64,000 bases of DNA, from NCBI GenBank assembly GCA_030583805.1, contig CP129476.1:902657-966656 (forward strand). The letters run 5' to 3'. Shown piece after piece: positions 21,622 through 31,000 of the stretch (position 1 is the first letter of the stretch; the number at the start of each line of letters is the position of its first letter). Below the pieces are notes generated by a model. That model was not told where the DNA came from and searched no databases. It worked only from the letters and a program-made list of their open reading frames with translations. The DNA comes from Patescibacteria group bacterium. GTDB taxonomy: Bacteria; Patescibacteriota; Patescibacteriia; SG8-24; DYFX01. The translations under genes were made by a program, and so were the position numbers.

Positions 21622-22614
21622 TTATCGCTGTGTTTTGCGCTTATAGGCCTTGCGGACGGCTTGCCGGATCGCCGGGGCGTCCATGCCGAATTGGCGCAGG
21701 AGCTCGTTGGGTTCGCCGGATTCCCCGAACACGTTCGGGACGCCGACGAATTCCTGGACGGTCGGGCGCGCTTTGGCCAGGTATTCCGCGACGGCGCCGC
21801 CCAGCCCGCCGGTAATCTGGTGTTCTTCGACGGTCACGATCGCGTCGCAGGCTTCGGCGGCGTGGAGCACGGCTTTTTCGTCGAGCGGCTTGATCGTATG
21901 GGAGTTCACGACCATGACGTCGAGGCCCTCGTCGGCCATCTGTTCGGCCGCGACGAGCGCTTGGTAGACCAGGGGACCGCAGGCGATGATGGCGACGTCC
22001 TTGCCGGAGCGGAGCGTCACGGCTTTGCCGATCTCGAACGGGGTTTCTTCGGTGGTGAAGACAGGCGATTTCTCGCGGGCGAAGCGCACGTAGCAGGCGC
22101 CTTCGTATTCGGCGATGGCGAGCGTGGCTTTCTTGGCTTCGACCGCGTCGCACGGGGCGATGATCACCATACCCGGGATCGGGCGCATGATCGCGATGTC
22201 TTCGATCGCCTGGTGCGTCGCGCCGTCGGGTCCGACCGAGACGCCGGCGTGGCTGCCGATGATCTTCACGTTCGTTTCATTCAGCGCGATGTTGGTGCGG
22301 ACCATTTCCCAGGCGCGGCCCGGGCAGAACATGGCGTACGACGTGATGAAGGGGATTTTTCCGCCCAGGGCGAGTCCGGCCGCTCCAGCCGCCAGGAACT
22401 GCTCGTGGACGCCGACCTGCACGAAGCGGTCTGGGAATTTCTTTTTGAAATCGGCGTTGCGGGTCGAATCAGTCAGATCGGCGCAGACGACGAGCACGTT
22501 CGGATTCTTCTCGGCGGCTTCGACGACGCCGAGGCCGTAGCCGTCGCGCGTTGGCTTTTGCGGAATCTTGGGATCGAGCAGCGGCTCGACCAGCTTGGCT
22601 TCTTTGCGGATCAT
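21622..22614 (-). CDS. transketolase, C-terminal subunit (split Tkt)
   Basis: pyrimidine-binding + C-terminal domains; ATGA overlap with N-subunit gene. Confidence 0.9.
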   Translation of the reverse strand: MIRKEAKLVEPLLDPKIPQKPTRDGYGLGVVEAAEKNPNVLVVCADLTDSTRNADFKKKFPDRFVQVGVHEQFLAAGAAGLALGGKIPFITSYAMFCPGRAWEMVRTNIALNETNVKIIGSHAGVSVGPDGATHQAIEDIAIMRPIPGMVIIAPCDAVEAKKATLAIAEYEGACYVRFAREKSPVFTTEETPFEIGKAVTLRSGKDVAIIACGPLVYQALVAAEQMADEGLDVMVVNSHTIKPLDEKAVLHAAEACDAIVTVEEHQITGGLGGAVAEYLAKARPTVQEFVGVPNVFGESGEPNELLRQFGMDAPAIRQAVRKAYKRKTQR

Positions 22615-23477
22615 AGCTTGGCGAGTTCGGTTTTGAGCTGCTTCCGGGTCGCATCGAGCTCGGCGAGCGCGGCATCGGCCTCGCCCGGCTTGAACGGCTG
22701 GCTGTGCCACAGGAAGTTGTTCTCCATGTACGAGACGCCTTTGCCAGGGATGTTGTGGGTCAACACGCAAATCGGCTTGTCGAACAGGGATTTCGTGGCT
22801 TCAAATGCCGCCACGACCGCTTCGACGTCGTTGCCGTTGCACTCGACGACGTGCCAATTGAACGCCTCGTATTTATCGCGGAGCGGCTCGAGCGGCATGA
22901 TGTCCTCGGTGCGCCCGTCGATCTGGATGTTGTTGCGGTCGACGATGCAGACGAGATTATCGAGCCGGTTCTTGCCGGCGAAAAGCATCGCTTCCCAATG
23001 GAGGCCCGCTTCGTGCTCGCCGTCCGACGTTTGGCAAAAGACGCGCCACTTTTTCTTGTCCATCTTGCCGGCATAGGCGAGTCCCGCGGCCTGCGCGAGC
23101 CCGGCGCCCAGCGGGCCGGACGTCGTTTCGGAACCGGGAAGCTTGATGCGCTCCGGGTGTCCCTGGAGGCGCGTGCCGAGACGGCGCAGTGTTTTCAATT
23201 CTTCGACAGGGAAATAGCCCGCCTCGGCCATGGCGGCGTAGCGGATGGGGCAGGTGTGGCCGTTCGAGAGGATCAAGCGGTCGCGGTCCTCCCAATCGGG
23301 ATGCTTCGGGTCGTGATTCAGCGTGTGGAAATACAGCACGGCGAAGACGTCGGCCATGCCGAGCGGTCCGCCTTGGTGCCCGCTGCCGGCGTGCGCCACC
23401 GATTCGATCACGTGGCGCCGGAGCGTGTTGGCGATGAGCTCCAGCTCCTTGATGCGTTTGTCGCTGAGGTGTGACAT
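22611..23477 (-). CDS. transketolase, N-terminal (TPP-binding) subunit (split Tkt)
   Basis: GHQGGPLGMADV TPP motif; start MSHLSDKRIKE; -10 TATACT 11 nt before ATG (leaderless). Confidence 0.9.
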   Translation of the reverse strand: MSHLSDKRIKELELIANTLRRHVIESVAHAGSGHQGGPLGMADVFAVLYFHTLNHDPKHPDWEDRDRLILSNGHTCPIRYAAMAEAGYFPVEELKTLRRLGTRLQGHPERIKLPGSETTSGPLGAGLAQAAGLAYAGKMDKKKWRVFCQTSDGEHEAGLHWEAMLFAGKNRLDNLVCIVDRNNIQIDGRTEDIMPLEPLRDKYEAFNWHVVECNGNDVEAVVAAFEATKSLFDKPICVLTHNIPGKGVSYMENNFLWHSQPFKPGEADAALAELDATRKQLKTELAKL

Positions 23478-23487
23478 ATGATAAGTA

Positions 23488-23504
23488 AAGTATAACACAA
23501 ACGC
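23488..23504 (-). promoter_or_regulatory. extended -10 promoter TGTTATACT (17-nt motif copy 2) upstream of split tkt
   Basis: exact repeat of 21584-21600. Confidence 0.45.
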
Positions 23505-23526
23505 TCATTTTCTCAGGAGGCTAGTC

Positions 23527-23940
23527 ATGCGCAACGACGTGCATTTGGACGCTGGAACCCGCGTCATCAACACCAAAACTGGCAAGCTCGGGACGGTGGA
23601 GGAGCCGCACTGGTTGATTCGCGGCAGCATGCCGCGCGAAGAGATCACGATCGCCTACGACGGCGAGCAAGGAAGCTCCGCGACGCCGCGTCGCGACATC
23701 GAGTATCGCGGCAACGGTGTCCACGAAGCGGCGCTCGTGCGCTTCGGTCATGTGGCTCTGGCGGACTACGTCCCTGGAACTGAGATCGTTCACGTTGCCG
23801 AACAGCATCGCGGTACGGTCGTTGTCGATACGCATGGCCGATGCGGGACGGACGAAGTGCTGGTCAGACTGCATGGCTGTGACGGGGATCCGATGGCCGT
23901 CGACTGGCGCGCGATCCGTCCGTTCATGGGCGACAAATAA
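23527..23940 (+). CDS. hypothetical protein with two SH3/KOW-like repeats (137 aa)
   Basis: CAGGAGG SD; repeated GT(R/E)V...G.(L/R)GTV pattern; terminator downstream. Confidence 0.5.
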   Translation: MRNDVHLDAGTRVINTKTGKLGTVEEPHWLIRGSMPREEITIAYDGEQGSSATPRRDIEYRGNGVHEAALVRFGHVALADYVPGTEIVHVAEQHRGTVVVDTHGRCGTDEVLVRLHGCDGDPMAVDWRAIRPFMGDK

Positions 23941-23950
23941 AAACCGCCGA

Positions 23951-25702
23951 TCACTCGGCGGTCTTTTCTTTCATTTCGTCCGGAGCGACCAATCCGCCTT
24001 GCGAGCGGAGCAGCGCGGCATAGGCGCCGTTCTTCGCGACGAGCTCGTCGTGGCGTCCCTGTTCGACCACGCGGCCGCCCTTGATCACGAGGATGCGGTC
24101 GGCGTCGCGGACGGTGCGGAGGCGGTGCGCGATGATGAACGTCGTGCGTCCCTTCATCAGCGTTTCGAGCGAGCGCTGGATCTCTTCCTCGGTCTTGCTG
24201 TCGAGGTTCGAGGTCGGCTCGTCGAGAATCAGGATTTTCGGATTGCGCAGGAAGGCGCGTGCCAGGGCGACGCGCTGGCGCTGTCCGCCCGAAAGCTTGA
24301 GACCGCGTTCGCCGACCAGCGTGTCGTAGCCGTCCGGCAACTGGCTGATGAACGTATCGAGGCTGGCGAGGCGCGCCGCTTCGCGCACCTCTTCGTCGGT
24401 CGCGTTCGGCCGGCCGTAGCGGATGTTCTCGCCGAGCGATTCGTGGAGGAGCGGAAGGTCTTGCGGCACGAGGCCGATCTGCGCGCGCAGCGAGGTCAGG
24501 TTCACGTCCTTGGCGTCGATGCCGTCGTAGAGGATCGTGCCGCCTTGCGGCAGGTGATAGCGGCCGATCAGGTCGATCAAGGTCGTCTTGCCCTCGCCCG
24601 ATTCTCCGACCAACGCGACGCGTTCGCCTTGTTTTACGGCGAACGTCACGTCTTCGAGCACCGGGACGTCTTGGCGGTAGCGGTAGCGAACGCCCTGGAA
24701 CTCGATGCCGCCGCGAAGGTCGATCGCGCGTCCGGAGTCGTAGTCTTCTTCGGGCTGATCGAGAAGGTTGCGCACGTTCTTGTACGTCGAGGTGGCGCGG
24801 GTGAGGCTGCGCATCTGCCACTGCACCCAGCGGACGTAGTTGAAGATGCCCATGGTCAAGGCCGAGATCGTTACGAACTGGCCAAACGTGAATGCGCCGG
24901 AACGGACGTGCAGCAGCGCCGTCACGAAGACGAGCGCGGAACCGCCTTGGATGATGAGGTGCTGCCGGTTGAACTGGCGCTGATCGAAACGGTTGTCGGC
25001 GGCGACGTCTTTCAGCATGATCGCCTTGAGGTCGTTCAGACGCTCAGACAAGCGTTGCTCGCCCGACGTCGACTTCACGACCAAAATATTCTTGATCGCA
25101 TCCCAAGCGATCGAGCTGACTTCGCGCGCCGAAGCGCGCCAGGTCATCTGGCTCTTCAAGGCGGCCGGGAGCGTCAGTATTTTATCGGCAATCACGCCGG
25201 CGACGGTGATCGTGAGCATGAGGCCGATGCGCCAATCGAGCCAAGCCAAGTAACTCAGCGTGGCCAGGACCGCAAGGAATGCCGGAAACAGGTCGAAGAC
25301 GACGCCAGTAATCACGTCGCGCGTTTCGCCTTCGAACTCCGTCAGCTTTTCCGTGATATCGCCGCCGCGCTGGCCGTAATGGAACGAGAGCGGCTTGCGC
25401 ACGAGCTGAGCGACGGCTTCCAGTTTGAAGCGGGTGACGACCGCGTAGGAGATGTTGTTGCCGTAATGGTAGAGGAACCAGTGCAGGCGTTCCGTGCCGT
25501 GTCCGAGCGCGAACCACGCGGCAATGCCGCCGACGACGGCCCACACAGACCCGCCCTTTCCGGCCGCGTCGATTGCCCGTCCCAGCACGATCGGGGAGAG
25601 CAGCCCCATGCCCGCCGCCGCAACCGCAAGCAGGGAACACCAGATAATGGTGACCCGATAGGGCGCGAGAAGCGTCATGATGAAGCGGGCGAATGTTTTC
25701 AT
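23951..25702 (-). CDS. ABC exporter, fused permease/ATPase (MsbA-like)
   Basis: 6-TM N-domain; Walker A GESGEGKTT, signature LSGGQRQR, Walker B ILILDE. Confidence 0.85.
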   Translation of the reverse strand: MKTFARFIMTLLAPYRVTIIWCSLLAVAAAGMGLLSPIVLGRAIDAAGKGGSVWAVVGGIAAWFALGHGTERLHWFLYHYGNNISYAVVTRFKLEAVAQLVRKPLSFHYGQRGGDITEKLTEFEGETRDVITGVVFDLFPAFLAVLATLSYLAWLDWRIGLMLTITVAGVIADKILTLPAALKSQMTWRASAREVSSIAWDAIKNILVVKSTSGEQRLSERLNDLKAIMLKDVAADNRFDQRQFNRQHLIIQGGSALVFVTALLHVRSGAFTFGQFVTISALTMGIFNYVRWVQWQMRSLTRATSTYKNVRNLLDQPEEDYDSGRAIDLRGGIEFQGVRYRYRQDVPVLEDVTFAVKQGERVALVGESGEGKTTLIDLIGRYHLPQGGTILYDGIDAKDVNLTSLRAQIGLVPQDLPLLHESLGENIRYGRPNATDEEVREAARLASLDTFISQLPDGYDTLVGERGLKLSGGQRQRVALARAFLRNPKILILDEPTSNLDSKTEEEIQRSLETLMKGRTTFIIAHRLRTVRDADRILVIKGGRVVEQGRHDELVAKNGAYAALLRSQGGLVAPDEMKEKTAE

Positions 25703-25736
25703 AGACGATTCAATGTACAACGGAAAACGCCCCTGG

Positions 25737-25925
25737 TCAAGGCGCGTTTTGCGGCGTTTGCGCGTGTGGTTGCGGCGGGGGAGCGGTCGGGCTTTTCCAG
25801 TCCGGCGGTGCCCATTTCGGGGCGAGCGGAGCTTGGCGTGGTTCGGAAGAGCCTGCCGAAGCGACGAAGAGCATGATGGCGAGCACGGCGAGCGAGACCG
25901 GGACGAGTACGCGGGCGCGCTTCAT
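25737..25925 (-). CDS. candidate small secreted Pro-rich protein (62 aa)
   Basis: ATG 3 nt after rpe stop (GAATGATATGAAG); signal peptide VLVPVSLAVLAIMLFVASAG then APLAPKWAPPDWKSPTAPPPQP. Confidence 0.3.
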   Translation of the reverse strand: MKRARVLVPVSLAVLAIMLFVASAGSSEPRQAPLAPKWAPPDWKSPTAPPPQPHAQTPQNAP

Positions 25926-25926
25926 A

Positions 25927-26568
25927 TCATTCCAAATCGGTATCGGCGCGCAGCGCGTCGATGGCTTTGGCCGGCGCGCCGGAGTTGAAGACGGCGCTGC
26001 CGGAGACGAGGCGGTCGGCTCCGGCCTCCGCGAGTTCGCGGGCGATGCCGACCGCGACGCCGCCGTCGACTTCGATGACCAGATCGGGGAACTTTTCGCG
26101 CAGCGTCCGCACCTTCTCGATCGCGACGGGTTGAAACGCTTGTCCCATCCAGCCGGGGTGCACGCCCATGACCTGGACGACATCCGCTTCGGCGAGCGCT
26201 TCTTCGACGGATGCGACGCTCGTTTCCGGATTCAGTGAAACGCCGGCTTCCATGCCGTAGAGCTTGATCTGACGGAGCGCTTCGGCGACGTCCTCGACGG
26301 CTTCGGCATGCACGATCGCTCTTTGGCAGCCGGCCACGGACCAAGCATCGAGGCTCGCGAGCGGGTCCTTCACCATCAAGTGCACTTCAAAGGCCATCGG
26401 CAGGCGCATGAGATCGATGCGCTTCGGGTCGGCCCACGTCACGTTATCGACAAAAGCGCCGTCCATGACGTCGATTTGGATCGTTTCGCAGAGATCGGCA
26501 ACCGATTCCGCTTTGCGGCGGAATTCCTTCTCGTCCTTGGCCAGGATGGCCGGAATGATCTCAACCAT
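25927..26568 (-). CDS. rpe: ribulose-phosphate 3-epimerase
   Basis: PAILA..., DVMDG, VHLMV, GG(V/I) motifs of Rpe; 213 aa. Confidence 0.9.
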   Translation of the reverse strand: MVEIIPAILAKDEKEFRRKAESVADLCETIQIDVMDGAFVDNVTWADPKRIDLMRLPMAFEVHLMVKDPLASLDAWSVAGCQRAIVHAEAVEDVAEALRQIKLYGMEAGVSLNPETSVASVEEALAEADVVQVMGVHPGWMGQAFQPVAIEKVRTLREKFPDLVIEVDGGVAVGIARELAEAGADRLVSGSAVFNSGAPAKAIDALRADTDLE

Positions 26569-27007
26569 GGTCTTCGAATGCGGAAATTTTTCCGAGCCGG
26601 CGGGCGTGGCGCGGCTCGCTCGAGAACGGCGTCGCGAGGAAGGTGTCGACGATCGCTTTGACGTCGTCGGTCGACGTGTCCCAGCCGGAAAGGCAGAGCA
26701 CGTTGGCGTCGTTGTGCTCGCGCGTGCGCTTGGCCTGGACTTCGCTCGTGGCGGCGACGGCGCGGACGCCTTTCACTTTATTGGCCGCCATGCAGACGCC
26801 CTGGGCCGATCCGCACACCAGGATGCCGACGCCGCTCGGAGCGGCGGCTACGGCTTTCCCCACGGCAAACGCGAAATCCGGGTAATCGTCGGCCGGATCG
26901 AGCTCGACGTTGCCGAGATCTTGATATTCCTCGCCGGACTCCTCGAGATGGCGGGCGACGGCCTTTTTCAGCTCGTACCCCGCGTGGTCGGAACCGAGAT
27001 AGATCAT
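26561..27007 (-). CDS. rpiB: ribose-5-phosphate isomerase B
   Basis: MIYLGSDHAGYELK N-terminus and GILVCGS.QGVCMAANK RpiB/LacAB signature; 8-nt overlap with rpe. Confidence 0.9.
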   Translation of the reverse strand: MIYLGSDHAGYELKKAVARHLEESGEEYQDLGNVELDPADDYPDFAFAVGKAVAAAPSGVGILVCGSAQGVCMAANKVKGVRAVAATSEVQAKRTREHNDANVLCLSGWDTSTDDVKAIVDTFLATPFSSEPRHARRLGKISAFEDHG

Positions 27008-27071
27008 ATGCCGACAGTATAGCGTCCTTGACAAAACGGGCAAAATACAAAAAAGACCGTCGTGAAGACGG

Positions 27072-27917
27072 TTATGCGGCGTGATCGTACGGATCGGGGA
27101 ATGCTCGCTGTCCGCACGAGGCGACGCCGAAGGCGATGTCGCCGAAGTTCACGGAAAACGTGCCGAGTCCGAACTCCGTATAGAACGCGGAGGCTTTGGG
27201 ATTCGACCCGTAGCCTTCGACTTCCAAGACCACGGTTTCGAAGTAGGTATTCTCTCGGCTGCCGAACCAGCGAAGGTGCGACGTTCCCGGCAGGCAGACC
27301 ATGTCGTTCTTCCAGCGCTCGCGCAAGCTGGCGCCGTAATGCGTGTCGAGCGCAATGCCCTCTTCGAGCGTGCATGGGAAGCGGTTTGCCTTGAGCAGCG
27401 CCTCCGCTTCGTTGCGCGGGGTCGGCTGCTCGAAGATGTCGCCCTGCTCCTCGGGTTTCTTGATCGGGAGCTGCCGATGCGCGCCGGGATCGACGTCGAT
27501 CGCCAGATAGGCGACCGCGCGGATGCTCGTGTCATCCGCGGTACGGATCCGATCGAGCGCCAAGCGCCCATCGAAGCTTCCCGCGCGGCGGTCAGGCTTC
27601 CGCATCGTGATCTGCTTGAGCAGAGGAACGACGTGTCCGGTCAGGACGACCAGGAGCGGAATGTTGCCTTCCGCCCACGTCGGAGCGTTCGTGCCGTCGT
27701 AGAGTCGGGAAAGAGCGAAATCGAGCGGCCAGAGCAATCGCCGCTTGTACGCGTCCTCAGAAAGCCCGGCGGCATCCAAGAGTCCGCAGTCCACGAGGTA
27801 CGCCATCTGGCGCTTGAACTCGCCACGCAGAATGCCCATGCGTTCGCGCGCAGCCTCTTCGCGTCTCAGGTCGTCTCGGGTCGGGGTCGGAATGTCTGGA
27901 GGCGGATCATCGAACAT
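27072..27917 (-). CDS. hypothetical protein (281 aa)
   Basis: start at ATG preceded by AAGGAG SD; no recognised family. Confidence 0.5.
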   Translation of the reverse strand: MFDDPPPDIPTPTRDDLRREEAARERMGILRGEFKRQMAYLVDCGLLDAAGLSEDAYKRRLLWPLDFALSRLYDGTNAPTWAEGNIPLLVVLTGHVVPLLKQITMRKPDRRAGSFDGRLALDRIRTADDTSIRAVAYLAIDVDPGAHRQLPIKKPEEQGDIFEQPTPRNEAEALLKANRFPCTLEEGIALDTHYGASLRERWKNDMVCLPGTSHLRWFGSRENTYFETVVLEVEGYGSNPKASAFYTEFGLGTFSVNFGDIAFGVASCGQRAFPDPYDHAA

Positions 27918-28013
27918 GCGATCTCCTTGCTTGATCCTGGCTTGGTGTACCACGACCCCGTCAGCATTTACAACCCCGCATTTCCCCATTAAGGTGGTCT
28001 ATATTGCTTATCT

Positions 28014-31000
28014 ATGGCCGCACCCAATTTTCCGCAACTCGAAGAGGAGCTTTTGAAGGACTGGGAGGAGAAACAGATCTTCAAAAAAACCCTGGAAAAG
28101 CCTGCTCCAAAAGGTGATTTTGTGTTCTTTGAAGGCCCCCCGACAGCCAACGGCAAGCCGGGCATTCATCACGTCCTGGCGCGCGCCTTCAAGGACCTGA
28201 TCCCGCGTTTCAAGACGATGCAGGGCTACCGCGTCGACCGCAAAGCCGGTTGGGACACGCACGGCTTGCCGGTTGAATTGGAAGTCGAGAAGCAGCTCGG
28301 TTTGAAGAACAAGAAAGACGTCGAAGCCTACGGCGTCGAGAAGTTCAACGAGAAGTGCCGCGAGTCCGTGTGGAAATACCTCGACGAGTGGGTGAAGATG
28401 ACGAAGCGCATGGGCTACTGGGTCGATTTGGAGCACCCGTACGTCACCTACAAAAACGAGTTCATCGAATCGGTGTGGAACATCGTCGCCGAAGTCGAGA
28501 AAAAGAATCTTCTCTACAAGGGCTACAAGATCGTCCCGTACTGCGCGCGTTGCGGCACGGCGCTTTCGTCGCACGAAGTCGCGCAGGGCTATAAGGAGGT
28601 GACGGAGACCTCGGTCTACGTCCGTTTCAAGGTGAAGGATGAAGCCAACACCTACTTCCTCGCTTGGACGACGACGCCTTGGACGCTGCCTTCCAACACC
28701 GCGCTTGCTGTCGGTGCCGATCTCGACTACGTCAAAGTCAAAAAGGGCGGAGACTTTTATTTTGTGGCGAAGGCTCGCGTGAGTTTGATGGAAGACGTCG
28801 AGATTGTGGAAGAGATGAAGGGCTCCGACCTCGTCGGTCAGCAATACGAGCCGCTCTACTCGTTCTTGCCGCTCGCGAAACCGGCGCACTGGGTCGTGGC
28901 AGGCTCCTTCGTTTCGACGACGGATGGCTCCGGCATCGTGCACATGGCTCCGTTCGGCGAGGACGACATGAACATCATCAAGGAACACGATTTCCCGGTG
29001 CTCATGACGGTCGGCTTGGACGGCGCGTTCATTCCGGAAATCACGCCGTGGGCCGGAAAATTCGTGAAGGACGTCGACGCGGAGATCGTGAAGGATCTCT
29101 CTGATCGCGGCCTCCTCTATAAGGAAGAGAAATACACGCACGACTATCCGTTCTGCTGGCGCTGCTCGACGCCGCTCCTGTATTACCCGAAAGACTCGTG
29201 GTTCATCGCCATGAGCAAGCTGCAGAAGGAATTGGTCGCCAACAACGAAAAGATCAACTGGGAACCGGCGCACATCAAGGAAGGCCGCTTCGGCGAATGG
29301 CTGCGCGGCATCAAGGACTGGGCGATTTCGCGCGACCGCTACTGGGGCACGCCGCTGCCGATTTGGGAGTGCGAGTGCGGCAAGACGCAGGCGATCGGTT
29401 CGCTGTCTGAGATGAACGAAAAGCGTTTCCGTAAGAACCGCTTCTTCATGGTGCGGCACGGACGCGCGATGTCGAATCAGAACGGCTACATCTCGTGCTG
29501 GCCGGAGCGTCCGGATCTCGAAGTCCATTTGACGCCGGAAGGCGAAGCTTCGGTGCGCGCGACGGCTGAGAGAATGAAAGAAGAGGGGATTGATCTCATT
29601 TTCGCTTCCGACTTGAAGCGCACGATGCAAACGGCGCAGCTCCTCGCCGAGATTACCGGAGCGGAATTGAAATTCGATCCGCGCCTGCGCGAGATCAACG
29701 TCGGCGTATTCAACGGCAAGAGCGAAGAAGAGTACAGCAAGCAGTTCGCCTCGCTCGAAGAAAAAATGACGAAGCCTGTCGAGGGCGGAGAATCGCTCGA
29801 AGACGTCCGCGCCCGCATGGTCGCGGCCGTGCTCGAATACGACCGCACGCACGAAGGCAAGAAGATCGCCATCGTGTCGCATGGCGACCCGCTTTGGGTG
29901 CTCGACGCCGCCATGAGCGGCGAGTGGAGCGCCGGCGTGCTCGAGAACTTCGGCGCGCGCTATCCGGACACGGGCAGCGGCCGCGAGTTCACCGTTCCGA
30001 ACTGGCCGTTCGACCACAAGGGCGCGCTCGACGTGCATAAGCCGTTCATCGACGCCGTCACGATCGCCTGCGACTGCGGCAAGGAAATGAAGCGCGTCCC
30101 CGAAGTCATGGACGTCTGGTTCGACTCGGGCGCCATGCCCTTCGCGCAGTGGCACTATCCTTTTGAGAACAAAGAGAAAATCGACGGCGGCACGGGCTAT
30201 CCGGCCGACTTCATCTCCGAAGCGATCGACCAGACGCGCGGTTGGTTCTACACGCTCCTCGCCGTCTCGACGCTCCTCGGCCGCGAACCGGCCTACAAGA
30301 ACGTCATCTGCCTCGGCCACCTGCTCGACGCCAAGGGCCAGAAGATGTCGAAGTCGAAAGGCAACGTCGTGAACCCGTGGGACATGTTCGCCAAGTACGG
30401 CGCCGACGCGGTGCGCTTCCACCTCTTCACCGTGAACCAGCCGGGCGAAGCCAAGCGCTTCGACGAGAAGGAAGTCGACGGCGTGATCAAGAAACTCTTC
30501 CTGATTCTTTGGAACGTCCAGTCGTTCTGGAAGATGTATGCGGGGGAGAAGGCGAAAGCGCAATCCGAGGCTCCCAAACCGGCGCACACGCTCGACGCTT
30601 GGGTGTTGTCCGAACTCGCATCCGTGACCGAAAAGGTCACGACGAATCTTGAGCGTTTCGACGTCGTCACGGCCGGCCGCGCGATCGCCGATTTCGCGAA
30701 CGACCTCTCGACCTGGTACCTGCGCCGCAGCCGCGATCGTTTCAAGAACGGCACGGATGAAGAAAAAGCCTCGGCCGTCGCGACGCTCGGACACGCGCTG
30801 CTGACCGTCTCCAAGCTCCTCGCGCCGTTCACGCCGCACGTGGCGGAAGGCTTGTACCGCGAAGTCGGCGGCGAGAAGGAATCGGTGCATCTCGACGCTT
30901 GGCCGGAGGCCGGAACGATCGACGAGAACCTGCTCTTGCAGATGAAACGCGTGCGCCAGGCTTGCTCGATGGGTCTTGAGAAGCGCGCCAAGGCCGGCAT

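Noticed and set aside
23717-25876. 719-aa plus-strand ORF
   Set aside because: Antisense to the ABC exporter, which has Walker A/B and LSGGQ motifs on the minus strand.
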